From contig JANJUX010000047.1 of assembly GCA_024710355.1 (NCBI GenBank), positions 2,542-66,541 of the forward strand: a stretch of 64,000 nt of DNA, read 5' to 3'. The position numbers and the translations under genes were made by a program. This document shows positions 1 through 8,251 of this stretch, one piece after another. Each line of letters starts with the position of its first letter. The stretch's first letter is position 1. Origin of the DNA: Candidatus Rifleibacteriota bacterium (GTDB lineage: Bacteria; Muiribacteriota; Ozemobacteria; Ozemobacterales; Ozemobacteraceae). Below the pieces are notes generated by a model. The model did no database searches. It worked only from the letters and a program-made list of their open reading frames with translations, and was not told where the DNA came from.

Positions 1-2
1 TT

Positions 3-662
3 GGCGATCTGCCGCTGGAGACACAGCCGAAACTGCTGCGCGCCATTCAGCAGGGCACTTTTGAGCGGCTTGGCGGCGAAAAAACGCTGCAGGCGGATGT
101 TCGCATCATCAGCGCCACCAATGTCAGACTCGAAGAGAAGGTCGGGCAGGGTAAATTCAGAGAAGACCTTTATTACCGGCTCAATGTTTTTCCGATCCTG
201 GTGCCGCCACTGCGCGACCGGCAAAGCGATGTCGTTCTGCTCGCGCATCATTTTGTCGAGAAGATGCGGTCGCGCTTCGGTTACGACCGGGTTATGCTCT
301 CGGGTCTGGCAATAAGAAAACTTCTCGAAAACAATTGGCCTGGAAACGTCAGAGAGCTTCAGAATACAATTGAAAGAGCTCTGATCAATTGTCGTGGCGG
401 CCAGATAGAGCCCGAACATATATTTTTCGAGTCGCAGGCCCGGCCGGCAAAGCCGGCAAAGCCGGAACAACCGGTATTGTCTGTATCAGGCTCCGGGGTC
501 TCAGATTTCGAAACAGAAGTGGGTCGCATTATCACGCGAGCTTTGCAGCAGTGTAGTGGCCGCATTTACGGTAAAGACGGTGCGGCGGCCCTGCTGAACC
601 TCAAGCCTACCACCCTGCAGAGTAAGATTAAAAAGCTTGGACTCGATAAAAAATCGGGCTGA
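3..662 (+). CDS. Sigma-54-dependent transcriptional activator (bEBP), 5'-truncated by the window edge; AAA+ C-terminal part plus Fis-type HTH
   Basis: Frame 3 is open from base 3: GDLPLETQPKLLRAIQQGTFERLGG...FREDLYYRLNVFPILVPPLRDR...NWPGNVRELQNTIERA...AAALLNLKPTTLQSKIKKLG. Confidence 0.92.
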   Translation, partial: GDLPLETQPKLLRAIQQGTFERLGGEKTLQADVRIISATNVRLEEKVGQGKFREDLYYRLNVFPILVPPLRDRQSDVVLLAHHFVEKMRSRFGYDRVMLSGLAIRKLLENNWPGNVRELQNTIERALINCRGGQIEPEHIFFESQARPAKPAKPEQPVLSVSGSGVSDFETEVGRIITRALQQCSGRIYGKDGAAALLNLKPTTLQSKIKKLGLDKKSG

Positions 663-858
663 GCAGTCGAATATTTTTTTAGCGGCCTCACCGGCTGTTT
701 TATTGGCGCCGTTGTCGCAGACAAATTCACGTTCGGCCCGGAGCAGCACTCAGGTATCAGTCGCCGTGAATGCTTAGCTGATCGTAGCAGGTGCAATGCG
801 ATGTTACTCGTCTGAAGCTGAGATAATAAAAGCTTGAATTGCACCGAAATCCAGTTGC

Positions 859-897
859 TACCGAAATATCGGTGTAAAAAACAACGATATTTCGGTA
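859..897. promoter_or_regulatory. Perfect inverted repeat, candidate bEBP enhancer (UAS)
   Basis: TACCGAAATATCG (859-871), 13-nt spacer, CGATATTTCGGTA (885-897); extra half-site ACCGAAAT at 843-850; about 55-90 bp upstream of a sigma-54 promoter. Confidence 0.65.
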
Positions 898-951
898 TTG
901 ATATGTCGTGAAAATTGCTGAAACTTGCTTTGGTGGCCAATAATCAAAGAT

Positions 952-967
952 TGGCACGGTGATTGCA
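952..967 (+). promoter_or_regulatory. Sigma-54 (-24/-12) promoter for the peroxiredoxin gene
   Basis: TGGCAC-GGTGA-TTGCA matches TGGCAC-N5-TTGCA exactly, 42 nt before the ATG at 1010. Confidence 0.85.
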
Positions 968-1009
968 ATTCCTTCGGCGTTGATAAATTAAACTCTGGAG
1001 GAATTGAAA

Positions 1010-1666
1010 ATGGAAAACACTCAGAATTGCAGTATGCCCCTTCTTGGTGACAGAATGCCGGAATTCACCGTTCTGACCACGCATGGAATGAAAAGCTTTC
1101 CGAATGATTATGCCGGCAAGTGGATCGTTCTATTCAGCCACCCGGGCGATTTTACACCGGTCTGCACCACAGAGTTCGTAGCTTTTGCAAAACGCGAAGC
1201 CGAATTCAAAAAACTGAATGCCGAGCTGGTCGGCCTGTCGATTGACCAGGTATTTTCCCATATCAAATGGGTAGAATGGATCGAAGAAAAACTGCAGGTC
1301 AAAATTCCGTTCCCGATCATCGCTGATGACATGGGCAACGTTGCCAAAAAGCTTGGCATGCTTCACCCCGGCAAAGGTTCCAATACCGTCAGAGCCGTGT
1401 TTCTCATCGATCCGAACGGCGTTACTCGCCTGATGATCTATTATCCCCAGGAAATCGGCCGTCAGGTCGACGAAGTTCTGCGTGCCCTCAAAGCTTTGCA
1501 GGTTGCCGATGCCAACAAGGTTGCCCTTCCCGAAAACTGGCCGAACAATGAGCTTCTCAAAGATAAAGTAATTGTGCCGCCGGCGAAAGACGTTGAAACT
1601 GCCGCCAAACGCAAAGGTGAAAAGAACAGCTACGACTGGTGGTTTGTTTACAAAGATCTCAAATAA
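1010..1666 (+). CDS. Peroxiredoxin (Prx6/TDXH-like)
   Basis: [15 protein letters not shown] active site, [17 protein letters not shown]; GGAGG RBS favours ATG 1010 over the 1004 start. Confidence 0.93.
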   Translation: MENTQNCSMPLLGDRMPEFTVLTTHGMKSFPNDYAGKWIVLFSHPGDFTPVCTTEFVAFAKREAEFKKLNAELVGLSIDQVFSHIKWVEWIEEKLQVKIPFPIIADDMGNVAKKLGMLHPGKGSNTVRAVFLIDPNGVTRLMIYYPQEIGRQVDEVLRALKALQVADANKVALPENWPNNELLKDKVIVPPAKDVETAAKRKGEKNSYDWWFVYKDLK

Positions 1667-1702
1667 TTGTGTCAGCCGTAGCTGATATCTGATAAGTCCT
1701 TG

Positions 1703-1747
1703 TCTCCGCTTCTGCCTCAAAACCGGTAGAGGCGGAGATTTTTTTTT
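1703..1747 (+). terminator. Intrinsic terminator
   Basis: TCTCCGCTTCT...AGAGGCGGAGA stem followed by T9. Confidence 0.75.
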
Positions 1748-1881
1748 CAGCAAAACAGTCTGCCATGGAGAGGGCCTTTTGAAGCCTGATCTGCCGCAGT
1801 TGCGCAATGACATTTTTCTGACTATGATTGGTACCTGCTATAAAGCTTTTTAATTCAGTCGGTAAGGATGGATCTGCAATA

Positions 1882-2490
1882 ATGAAAACCAGTTTGAAAA
1901 AAATGTTCTGTGCTGCTTTTGGCTTTGGTATGCTGGTGGTGCCTGCGTTTGCTCAGAATGCTGAAACCGCTGACGCGATTGTTGGGCCGATTCTCGACAA
2001 TGTCGGTAAACTCACCGAAATGACCTCTGGATCAGCCGATCTCGACCTTAAAAATGCCATCGAAGGCATGAAACTCAATCTCGACGGCATCATGGGTAAA
2101 TCCCTCGGGGCCAACGATGAAAAGGTTAAAACAACGATAGAAGGTATCAATACCCAGGTAGAGAGCCTTTTGCAGAAATCACTCGGTGAAAATGGCGAGA
2201 TGATCGGTCAGTTGCTTGAAGCAATCAACGGTCAGGTAGACACCTTTCTGCAGCAGACAAACGAATTCACCAACAAGGTCGTCGAGCAGAGCCTTAAAAC
2301 TGCCAACGAAGCCACTGCTCAGGGTCTTGAAATGGGCCGTCAGCTCACCGAACAGGCACTGCAGGACGCTAACCAGACAATGAACCAGGCACTTGAAGAG
2401 GGCTTGAAAAGCGGCCAGGATCTCAGCAATCAGATCATCAACGAAACGATGCAGGACCTGCAGAACCAGTCATACGGCACCTCTGATTAA
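1882..2490 (+). CDS. Secreted alpha-helical hypothetical protein with roughly 11-residue periodicity
   Basis: Signal peptide MKTSLKKMFCAAFGFGMLVVPAFA; Q/E/L-rich amphipathic repeats in the C-terminal half. Confidence 0.7.
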   Translation: MKTSLKKMFCAAFGFGMLVVPAFAQNAETADAIVGPILDNVGKLTEMTSGSADLDLKNAIEGMKLNLDGIMGKSLGANDEKVKTTIEGINTQVESLLQKSLGENGEMIGQLLEAINGQVDTFLQQTNEFTNKVVEQSLKTANEATAQGLEMGRQLTEQALQDANQTMNQALEEGLKSGQDLSNQIINETMQDLQNQSYGTSD

Positions 2491-2491
2491 C

Positions 2492-2549
2492 GGCCACCGA
2501 TGAACAGGGCCATAAAACAGGCCACGGATGAGCACGGATAAACACAGAT
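2492..2549 (+). repeat. Short intergenic repeat cluster (GGCCACGGATGAACACGGAT family), copy set 1
   Basis: GGCCACCGATGAACAGGG (2492-2509) and GGCCACGGATGAGCACGGATAAACACAGAT (2520-2549); related copies at 28926-28984. Confidence 0.7.
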
Positions 2550-2631
2550 TGAGCTGGAGTCATCAGCATAATAAGTGCTGCTGACTTCAGCGAATTTTTG
2601 GGTTATTTACTGCCAGAATTGAGAATTAAAA

Positions 2632-3474
2632 ATGGGTTTTGCAAACCATGAAAATGACAGTCTTCTGACCAGGCTGCGGCTATTCAGATTCTGGGCTGAG
2701 AAAGAATTTGAAGTCGTTATCGACGGTGAGCGCAGAAAAATCCGCTGCCGGGCCGGTTCGAACGAATCGAAGCAGGCGGCCGAAGAACTCTGCCGGCAAA
2801 AGGCCGAAAGGGTACAGCTGATCGTCGATAAGAAGGTAAAGCGCCAGAACTCATACGAAAAGCCCACGCGTGAGCATATCATCGAAGAGATCGACTCTGA
2901 AAATATCATCACCCGCAATTATTACGGGGCTCTGATTCTCAATACCTCTTCAGTAAATATTTTTGATATAGATACCTACCAGAAAACCTTCTGGGAAAGG
3001 CTTACTTTTAAAAAAATAGATAACAAACAGGGCATTATCGGGCTTTTACGCCGTCTCCACGCTGAGCAGATTATTCCCGGCACTACCTGGCGAATCTACG
3101 AAACCTGCAAAGGCATCAGAGTAATGGTGCTTGGCAGATTCATCGAGCCTGGCTCTGAGCAGTTCAAAACTTTCTGCGAAAAATCGAACGCCGATGGCCT
3201 CTATTCTTGGCTTTGCATACAGCAGCGCTGCTATCGTGCCAGACTTACACCAAAACCCTATCGTATGCATATTGAATGCATAAAGTATCGCTGCCCCGTT
3301 CCCGAAGGTCAGGAACAGGCCTATAAAAACTGGGAACATGAATATTCGAGCGCTTCACGCGGTTTCGCCGTCTGCCGATATGTTGAAACGCTCGGCAACG
3401 GGGTCGTCGACAGCCGTATCATCGATCTGCACGACCGCTACTGTCTTAATGACCAGGCCGAAAAACTGGCCTGA
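2632..3474 (+). CDS. Conserved hypothetical protein with hhhDhD motif (possibly AEP/prim-pol-like fold)
   Basis: 280-aa ORF; VNIFDID, WRIYETCKGIRV, LYSWLCIQQRCYRARLTPKP. Confidence 0.65.
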   Translation: MGFANHENDSLLTRLRLFRFWAEKEFEVVIDGERRKIRCRAGSNESKQAAEELCRQKAERVQLIVDKKVKRQNSYEKPTREHIIEEIDSENIITRNYYGALILNTSSVNIFDIDTYQKTFWERLTFKKIDNKQGIIGLLRRLHAEQIIPGTTWRIYETCKGIRVMVLGRFIEPGSEQFKTFCEKSNADGLYSWLCIQQRCYRARLTPKPYRMHIECIKYRCPVPEGQEQAYKNWEHEYSSASRGFAVCRYVETLGNGVVDSRIIDLHDRYCLNDQAEKLA

Positions 3475-3492
3475 GCCAGCAAAGGTAAGCCG

Positions 3493-4296
3493 ATGAAAAA
3501 TACTGCCAGCCTCGATCTTACCTTTCTCGTCGATAACAGCGCCGGGCCTGGCTGCGGCGCTGAACATGGCCTGTCGATCGTTGTTGAAACTGATGATACC
3601 TGTCTTCTTTTTGACTCAGGCCAGAGTTCTCTGTTTAAAAGCAATGCACAGAGCCTCGGAATCGATCTCAACCGTATTGAGCTCGCAGTCTTGAGCCATG
3701 GTCACTACGATCATGGCAATGGTTTTGAGTATTTTGCCGGCCGCCGGCTGATATGCCATCCCGAAATCTTCATTCGCCGCTATCGCGAGAAAAACGGCAC
3801 CTATATCGGGCTGAGCTATGATCGACAACAGGCTGAAGCCTGGTTTGACCTGCAGCTCAGCGCCAGGCCGGTAAAGCTCTCTGATTCGGTTACTTTTCTC
3901 GGGCAGATTCCGCGATTGAATGATTTTGAGGCAAAACAGACGCTCTTTTATGACGAAGCCGGTCAGCCTGATTTTGTACCCGATGATTCAGCCATTGTTG
4001 CTGAAACCGCAAGAGGCCTCGTGGTCATCGCGGGTTGTTCCCATTCAGGTATATGCAATATCGTCGACTATGCCTTCACTGTGACCGGCCGCAATGATAT
4101 CGCCGCAGTTATTGGTGGCTTTCATCTGAGAGAAGGCAGTCCGGCGATCGAGCCGACAATGTCTTACCTGAAAAGCAGGAATATCAAACTTCTCATGCCA
4201 TGCCACTGTGTTGATGCCTCTGTTATTCAGCTGATACACGCAGAAATGCCCTGCGAACCCGTTTTTTCAGGCCGCAAGGTCGTTTTTACCAGTTAA
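3493..4296 (+). CDS. MBL-fold metallo-hydrolase
   Basis: EHGLS, LFDSGQS, LSHGHYDHGNG, GCSHSG, GGFHL, PCHC motifs. Confidence 0.9.
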   Translation: MKNTASLDLTFLVDNSAGPGCGAEHGLSIVVETDDTCLLFDSGQSSLFKSNAQSLGIDLNRIELAVLSHGHYDHGNGFEYFAGRRLICHPEIFIRRYREKNGTYIGLSYDRQQAEAWFDLQLSARPVKLSDSVTFLGQIPRLNDFEAKQTLFYDEAGQPDFVPDDSAIVAETARGLVVIAGCSHSGICNIVDYAFTVTGRNDIAAVIGGFHLREGSPAIEPTMSYLKSRNIKLLMPCHCVDASVIQLIHAEMPCEPVFSGRKVVFTS

Positions 4297-4297
4297 T

Positions 4298-4390
4298 TCA
4301 GCTTTTCAACTTGAATTGCTTGAGCATCTGCTGCAGTTCAACTGCCTGTTTGTTGAGTTCCTCGGCGGTGGCGGCAAGTTCTTCTGAGCC
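4298..4390 (-). pseudogene. 3' remnant of a methyl-accepting chemotaxis protein gene
   Basis: Minus strand reads GSEELAATAEELNKQAVELQQMLKQFKLKS-stop, typical of MCP C-terminal helices; no start codon or MCP-like sequence upstream in frame. Confidence 0.6.
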
Positions 4391-4477
4391 GGGAAAATCG
4401 CAGGGGGCAACCGTAATGGCACACCTGCTTCCTTGCCGAAGAGCCGAGGTTATAATTCCAGCTCGCGGGCCTCAGCT

Positions 4478-4834
4478 TCAGAAAGTCAGCACCTTGTCGC
4501 TGTCGATTACCCACTGTGCCAGCGCCGGCATAGTCGAATTCTCGGCCCCGGCAAAGTATGGCTGATTCTTGTAGATGCCGCAGCGGGCCATGCAGGTGCC
4601 GCAGACTTTTACTTCGACGCCGTTTTTGATCAGGTCTTTAAGCATCTGGGCGAGGTCCTGGTCATAGCTTTCAGGCTTTTTGCAAGTGTCGCGGGCCATA
4701 TCGACCGAGTCATTCATCAGGAAAATACGAACCTGCTGCCCGGCTTCGACGAGTTGTCCTGCCAGGCGTAGCCCGTTCCAGGTAACGTCGGTGCCGTCAT
4801 AAGGCTGTCGGTTAAAAATGATGAGCATCTTCAT
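4478..4834 (-). CDS. DsrE/DsrF-family (YchN-like) sulfur-relay protein
   Basis: MKMLIIFNRQPYDG...WNGLRLA...IFLMNDSV...VCGTCMARCG...DKVLTF. Confidence 0.85.
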   Translation of the reverse strand: MKMLIIFNRQPYDGTDVTWNGLRLAGQLVEAGQQVRIFLMNDSVDMARDTCKKPESYDQDLAQMLKDLIKNGVEVKVCGTCMARCGIYKNQPYFAGAENSTMPALAQWVIDSDKVLTF

Positions 4835-4938
4835 TTTGCTGTTTTCCTTTTGGTTGTGTGTAGTATAAGCATGGCAACACTTTATATGTCGTGAGACAAA
4901 ATCTGAGCTCGGATTCTATATAAATCAGGAAGTCTGCA

Positions 4939-5541
4939 ATGAATGATCAAGAACTGCTTGAATGGTACGAAAGGGCGACCGGTTTTCATAAAAAGCGCGC
5001 GCCAGGGTTGCTGATTGCTGCGGCGATTATCGACAGCTGCAGTTTACGGCTTGGCGCGGTCAAAGACCGCCTGAACGCAGTCTGCGAGTCGGTATCATGT
5101 CTTACTGACGTAATCATGCTGATGACCGGCTGCACGATCGGCAATCGCTATCTGACAATCCACGGTGATATCGGTCGTTTTGCGCTGACCCTGTTCGACC
5201 GTGCCGATGGTCGTGGTGTCAGGGCATTCATCGACCTTGACCGCATTTCGCCAGACGAAACCCCTGAACTGTACAGGTTCTTTTATCGCACCCGTTCAGC
5301 CGAAGTCAAGGCTGGTGGCGAGGCCCGCCTGAAATCCGGTGAGCAGGTGATCAAAGAATTTTTAACCGTTCGCGACAAGGTAATCGGCCTGCAGAACGTG
5401 CAGGTTGAACGTTTTGGCAAGCATAACAAGCCTGGCGCTGCCCGCTGTTCGCAATGCGGCGAATCATTCCTGCAGAAAAACGGTGCCAACCGCTGCAGTA
5501 TCTGCAGCGGCGAATTCAGCTACTACCGACGGATTGACTAG
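4939..5541 (+). CDS. FmdE-family (formylmethanofuran dehydrogenase subunit E-like) protein with C-terminal zinc finger
   Basis: FHKKRAPGLLI, CESVSCLTDVIMLMTGCTIGN, GRFALTL, CSQCGE...CSIC. Confidence 0.8.
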   Translation: MNDQELLEWYERATGFHKKRAPGLLIAAAIIDSCSLRLGAVKDRLNAVCESVSCLTDVIMLMTGCTIGNRYLTIHGDIGRFALTLFDRADGRGVRAFIDLDRISPDETPELYRFFYRTRSAEVKAGGEARLKSGEQVIKEFLTVRDKVIGLQNVQVERFGKHNKPGAARCSQCGESFLQKNGANRCSICSGEFSYYRRID

Positions 5542-5605
5542 GTAACAGAATCACTTTACCCGCTGAATCAAAATGGCAGATTAGCATTTTTCATTTCCGC
5601 TAAAA

Positions 5606-5617
5606 TGGCATAAGCCA
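5606..5617. promoter_or_regulatory. Candidate operator TGGC-N4-GCCA
   Basis: TGGCATAAGCCA upstream of the DUF302 gene; the same motif occurs at 6355-6366. Confidence 0.45.
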
Positions 5618-5672
5618 AAAACCTCTTGTGGAATCATTGGTATTATTTTATAATACAAAACAGGAGGTAGTT

Positions 5673-6149
5673 ATGAAAAAATCTGTTTATATTATTGCCG
5701 CCGGTTTTGCCGGCGCCATTATCGCGGCAATGGTAATGGTTCTGCTGATGCCTGGCATGATGATTCGTGAGCAGACAAGCCCGTTCGGGTTTGAAGAAAC
5801 GGTCGAGAAAATAAAGACGGCAGCAGAGACTGAAGGATGGGTGATTTCAGGAATTTCTGACCTGAGTGCTTCGGTGAAGAAGCATGGAAATTACGATCTT
5901 TCTTCCGTTAAGCTGATCAACATGTGTCAGGCCGACCATGCATTTAAAATACTCAATGAGGACGCGAACAAGAAGATTTCTGTTTTCATGCCCTGTACGA
6001 TAAGCGTTTATAAGAAATCAGATGGAAAAGTCTATGTGGGCAGTATGAATGCCGGTTTGCTCGGAACAATGTTTGGCGGCACCGTCGCTGAAGTCATGGG
6101 AAACACAGTGGCTGCACAGCAGCAGAAGTTCATTGCATTTCTTAACTGA
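5673..6149 (+). CDS. DUF302-family protein with N-terminal membrane anchor
   Basis: SPFGFEETVEKIK, LINMCQADHA, VFMPCTISVYKKSDGKVYV; GGAGG RBS before ATG 5673. Confidence 0.85.
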   Translation: MKKSVYIIAAGFAGAIIAAMVMVLLMPGMMIREQTSPFGFEETVEKIKTAAETEGWVISGISDLSASVKKHGNYDLSSVKLINMCQADHAFKILNEDANKKISVFMPCTISVYKKSDGKVYVGSMNAGLLGTMFGGTVAEVMGNTVAAQQQKFIAFLN

Positions 6150-6353
6150 GTCCAAGATCGACCAGAATCTCCTCTGGTAACTGGTATGGGCGGCATTTAC
6201 GCCAGATTGCCGACACACAGCAATCCCGCCCCGGTCTCGAATTGCCGTTCGGCAGTTCGAGACTTTTTTTATCTAATTATTGGCATTTGCTTGAAAAAAA
6301 TAGAAGTGTATTTTTTTAAAACAAAATCTGTAGCTGATTTTAAAGATTTTAAA

Positions 6354-6367
6354 TTGGCAAATGCCAA
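6354..6367. promoter_or_regulatory. Palindromic operator candidate TTGGCA-AA-TGCCAA
   Basis: Perfect palindrome in the AT-rich region upstream of the DUF5320-Mrp operon; degenerate copy TTGGCATTTGC at 6280-6290. Confidence 0.55.
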
Positions 6368-6444
6368 AAAAGTTCTTGTGTTTTTATTGGTGTTATTTTA
6401 TCTTATTAAAGTGGGTTCAAAAATTCACAAACAAGGAGTAGGAT

Positions 6445-6807
6445 ATGCCAGGTTTTGACAGGACAGGTCCGAATGGTCAGGGGCCGATGACTGGCCGTGC
6501 AATGGGTTGTTGTCAGACTGTCAATCAGACCGGTCGCGTGCCGGTGGGTCGACGTGGTGGCTGCGCTTTCGGCCGTGGCGGTGGCAGGGGTCTCAGGCAG
6601 GGATTCGTCCCTGCTGCCGGTCGAGGCCGCTATCGTAATATCGAAGCCGGTTTCGAGCAGGTTGAGCCTGTAGATGTTGAAGGGCGCGAAAATGGCGGAA
6701 GCGAAATGCAGAATCAGATCGATTCGCTTAAAGTGCAGCTCACTGAAATCAAAGACCTTCTAACCGCCAAAGCCACTGAAAAAATCACTGAGAAGAAAGA
6801 AAAGTAA
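6445..6807 (+). CDS. DUF5320-family Gly/Arg-rich small protein
   Basis: MPGFDRTGPNGQGPMTGRAMGCC N-terminus, GRGGGRG tract, C-terminal coiled coil; GGAG RBS. Confidence 0.85.
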   Translation: MPGFDRTGPNGQGPMTGRAMGCCQTVNQTGRVPVGRRGGCAFGRGGGRGLRQGFVPAAGRGRYRNIEAGFEQVEPVDVEGRENGGSEMQNQIDSLKVQLTEIKDLLTAKATEKITEKKEK

Positions 6808-6819
6808 AGGAACCAGAAT

Positions 6820-7734
6820 ATGAGTCAGACCAGCAGCAGTTCTTCAGGTTGCAGTAACGAAGGCAGTGCATGCAGCGGTTGTTCCAGCGCTTCATGCAGC
6901 GAACGCGTTACCGCAGACAATTCACCAAACCGCATCAAACACACCGTTGTCGTCATGTCGGGCAAAGGCGGAGTCGGCAAGAGCACCGTGGCTGTTAATA
7001 TCGCCGTGGCCCTGGCTTCTGAGGGCTACAAAACCGGGTTGCTCGATGTCGACATTCATGGGCCGAGCATTCCGACCATGCTCAAACTGCAGAATGTACG
7101 CGCCCTGTCTGACGGAAAAATGCTGCTGCCAGCCGAAGTCGGCGACCTTAAGGTCATGTCGATAGGGCTTTTGCTCGATAAGTCTGATGATGCGGTAATC
7201 TGGCGCGGGCCGATGAAGGCCGGCGTCATTGGCCAGTTCCTCACCGAAGTCAACTGGGGCGAACTCGATTACCTGGTAATCGATTCGCCTCCTGGCACCG
7301 GTGATGAGCCGCTTTCGGTCTGTCAGCAGATCAAAGGCAGTTTCTCGGCTCTGATCGTCACCACCCCGCAGGAAGTGGCCGCCGCCGACGTACGCAAGTC
7401 GATCAACTTCTGCAATCAGCTTGGTGTCGAAGTTGTTGGCGTGCTGGAAAACATGAGCGGTTTTGTCTGCCCGAAATGCGAATGTGAAACTCACATTTTC
7501 AGCAGTGGCGGCGGCGAAAAGACCGCCGGTGAATTCGGCGTGCGCTTTCTGGGCAGAATTCCGATAGATCCCGCAATTGGCGTCGCCTGCGACAACGGTT
7601 CGCCCTTCGTCTATACCCATTCAAAAACTCCTGTCGCCAAAGCATTTACGCAGGTCGTGGCTCACATTCGTGAGGCTTACGACGGCAACACGGTTAAGAC
7701 AGAAAAAGCAGCAGGCTGTAGCAATGCCGGCTGA
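6820..7734 (+). CDS. Mrp/NBP35 (ApbC-like) ATP-binding Fe-S cluster carrier
   Basis: N-terminal Cys cluster, SGKGGVGKST, DVDIHGPS, WRGP, DSPPGTGD, CPKC. Confidence 0.93.
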   Translation: MSQTSSSSSGCSNEGSACSGCSSASCSERVTADNSPNRIKHTVVVMSGKGGVGKSTVAVNIAVALASEGYKTGLLDVDIHGPSIPTMLKLQNVRALSDGKMLLPAEVGDLKVMSIGLLLDKSDDAVIWRGPMKAGVIGQFLTEVNWGELDYLVIDSPPGTGDEPLSVCQQIKGSFSALIVTTPQEVAAADVRKSINFCNQLGVEVVGVLENMSGFVCPKCECETHIFSSGGGEKTAGEFGVRFLGRIPIDPAIGVACDNGSPFVYTHSKTPVAKAFTQVVAHIREAYDGNTVKTEKAAGCSNAG

Positions 7735-8188
7735 AACCTCTGTCGACAGATTGCCCCCGTATGGCCGGCTGCAGCCGGTGCCGGCAGCCGGCTCGCACGC
7801 CGGCTGCCTTCTTTGCGGGGTAAAAAACCCGTTATCGATGCATCTGCACTTTATGGCCGATGATAATCATGTCGTATACGCTGATTTCCAGGCGCACGAC
7901 ATGCTGCAGGGCTACCAGGGCATCATTCACGGCGGGGTCACCTGTGCCCTGCTCGATGCGGCAATGACTCACTGTCTGTTTAACCGCTCAATCGAAGCGG
8001 TTACCGGCGAGCTGAAGGTCAAGTTCATACATCCGGTGCCCTGTCGCGCCCGCCTGCAGCTCAAAGCCTGGGTGGAGAAGGCGTTCCAGCCTCTCTATAT
8101 ACTCCGGGCCGAATTGCGCTGCGATGAATCGCTGCTTGCCAGCGCCGAAGCCAAATTCATGCAGACTGCCACAGATTTTTTCTGCTGA
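7724..8188 (+). CDS. PaaI-family hotdog thioesterase
   Basis: CLLCGVKNPLSMHL, QGYQGIIHGG...LLDAAM, VTGELKVKF; start overlaps the end of mrp. Confidence 0.85.
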   Translation: MPAETSVDRLPPYGRLQPVPAAGSHAGCLLCGVKNPLSMHLHFMADDNHVVYADFQAHDMLQGYQGIIHGGVTCALLDAAMTHCLFNRSIEAVTGELKVKFIHPVPCRARLQLKAWVEKAFQPLYILRAELRCDESLLASAEAKFMQTATDFFC

Positions 8189-8199
8189 TCTAAAACACA

Positions 8200-8229
8200 A
8201 ACCGGGCCTGAGTCTGATCAGGCCCGGTT
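8200..8229. terminator. Hairpin between convergent genes (probably a bidirectional terminator)
   Basis: AACCGGGCCTGA-gtctga-TCAGGCCCGGTT. Confidence 0.7.
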
Positions 8230-8251
8230 GCCAGTTTTATTCGTCTGAATA

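Noticed and set aside
663-840. Possible riboswitch, ncRNA or small ORF downstream of the bEBP
   Set aside because: No recognisable riboswitch core or convincing coding signal by eye; would need an Rfam/Infernal search
2492-2549. Possible mini-CRISPR array
   Set aside because: Only two imperfect copies per site, no regular unique spacers, no cas genes; kept as a dispersed repeat instead
6186-6458. 90-aa ORF in the AT-rich stretch
   Set aside because: Lys/Phe-rich translation of promoter DNA containing the operator palindromes
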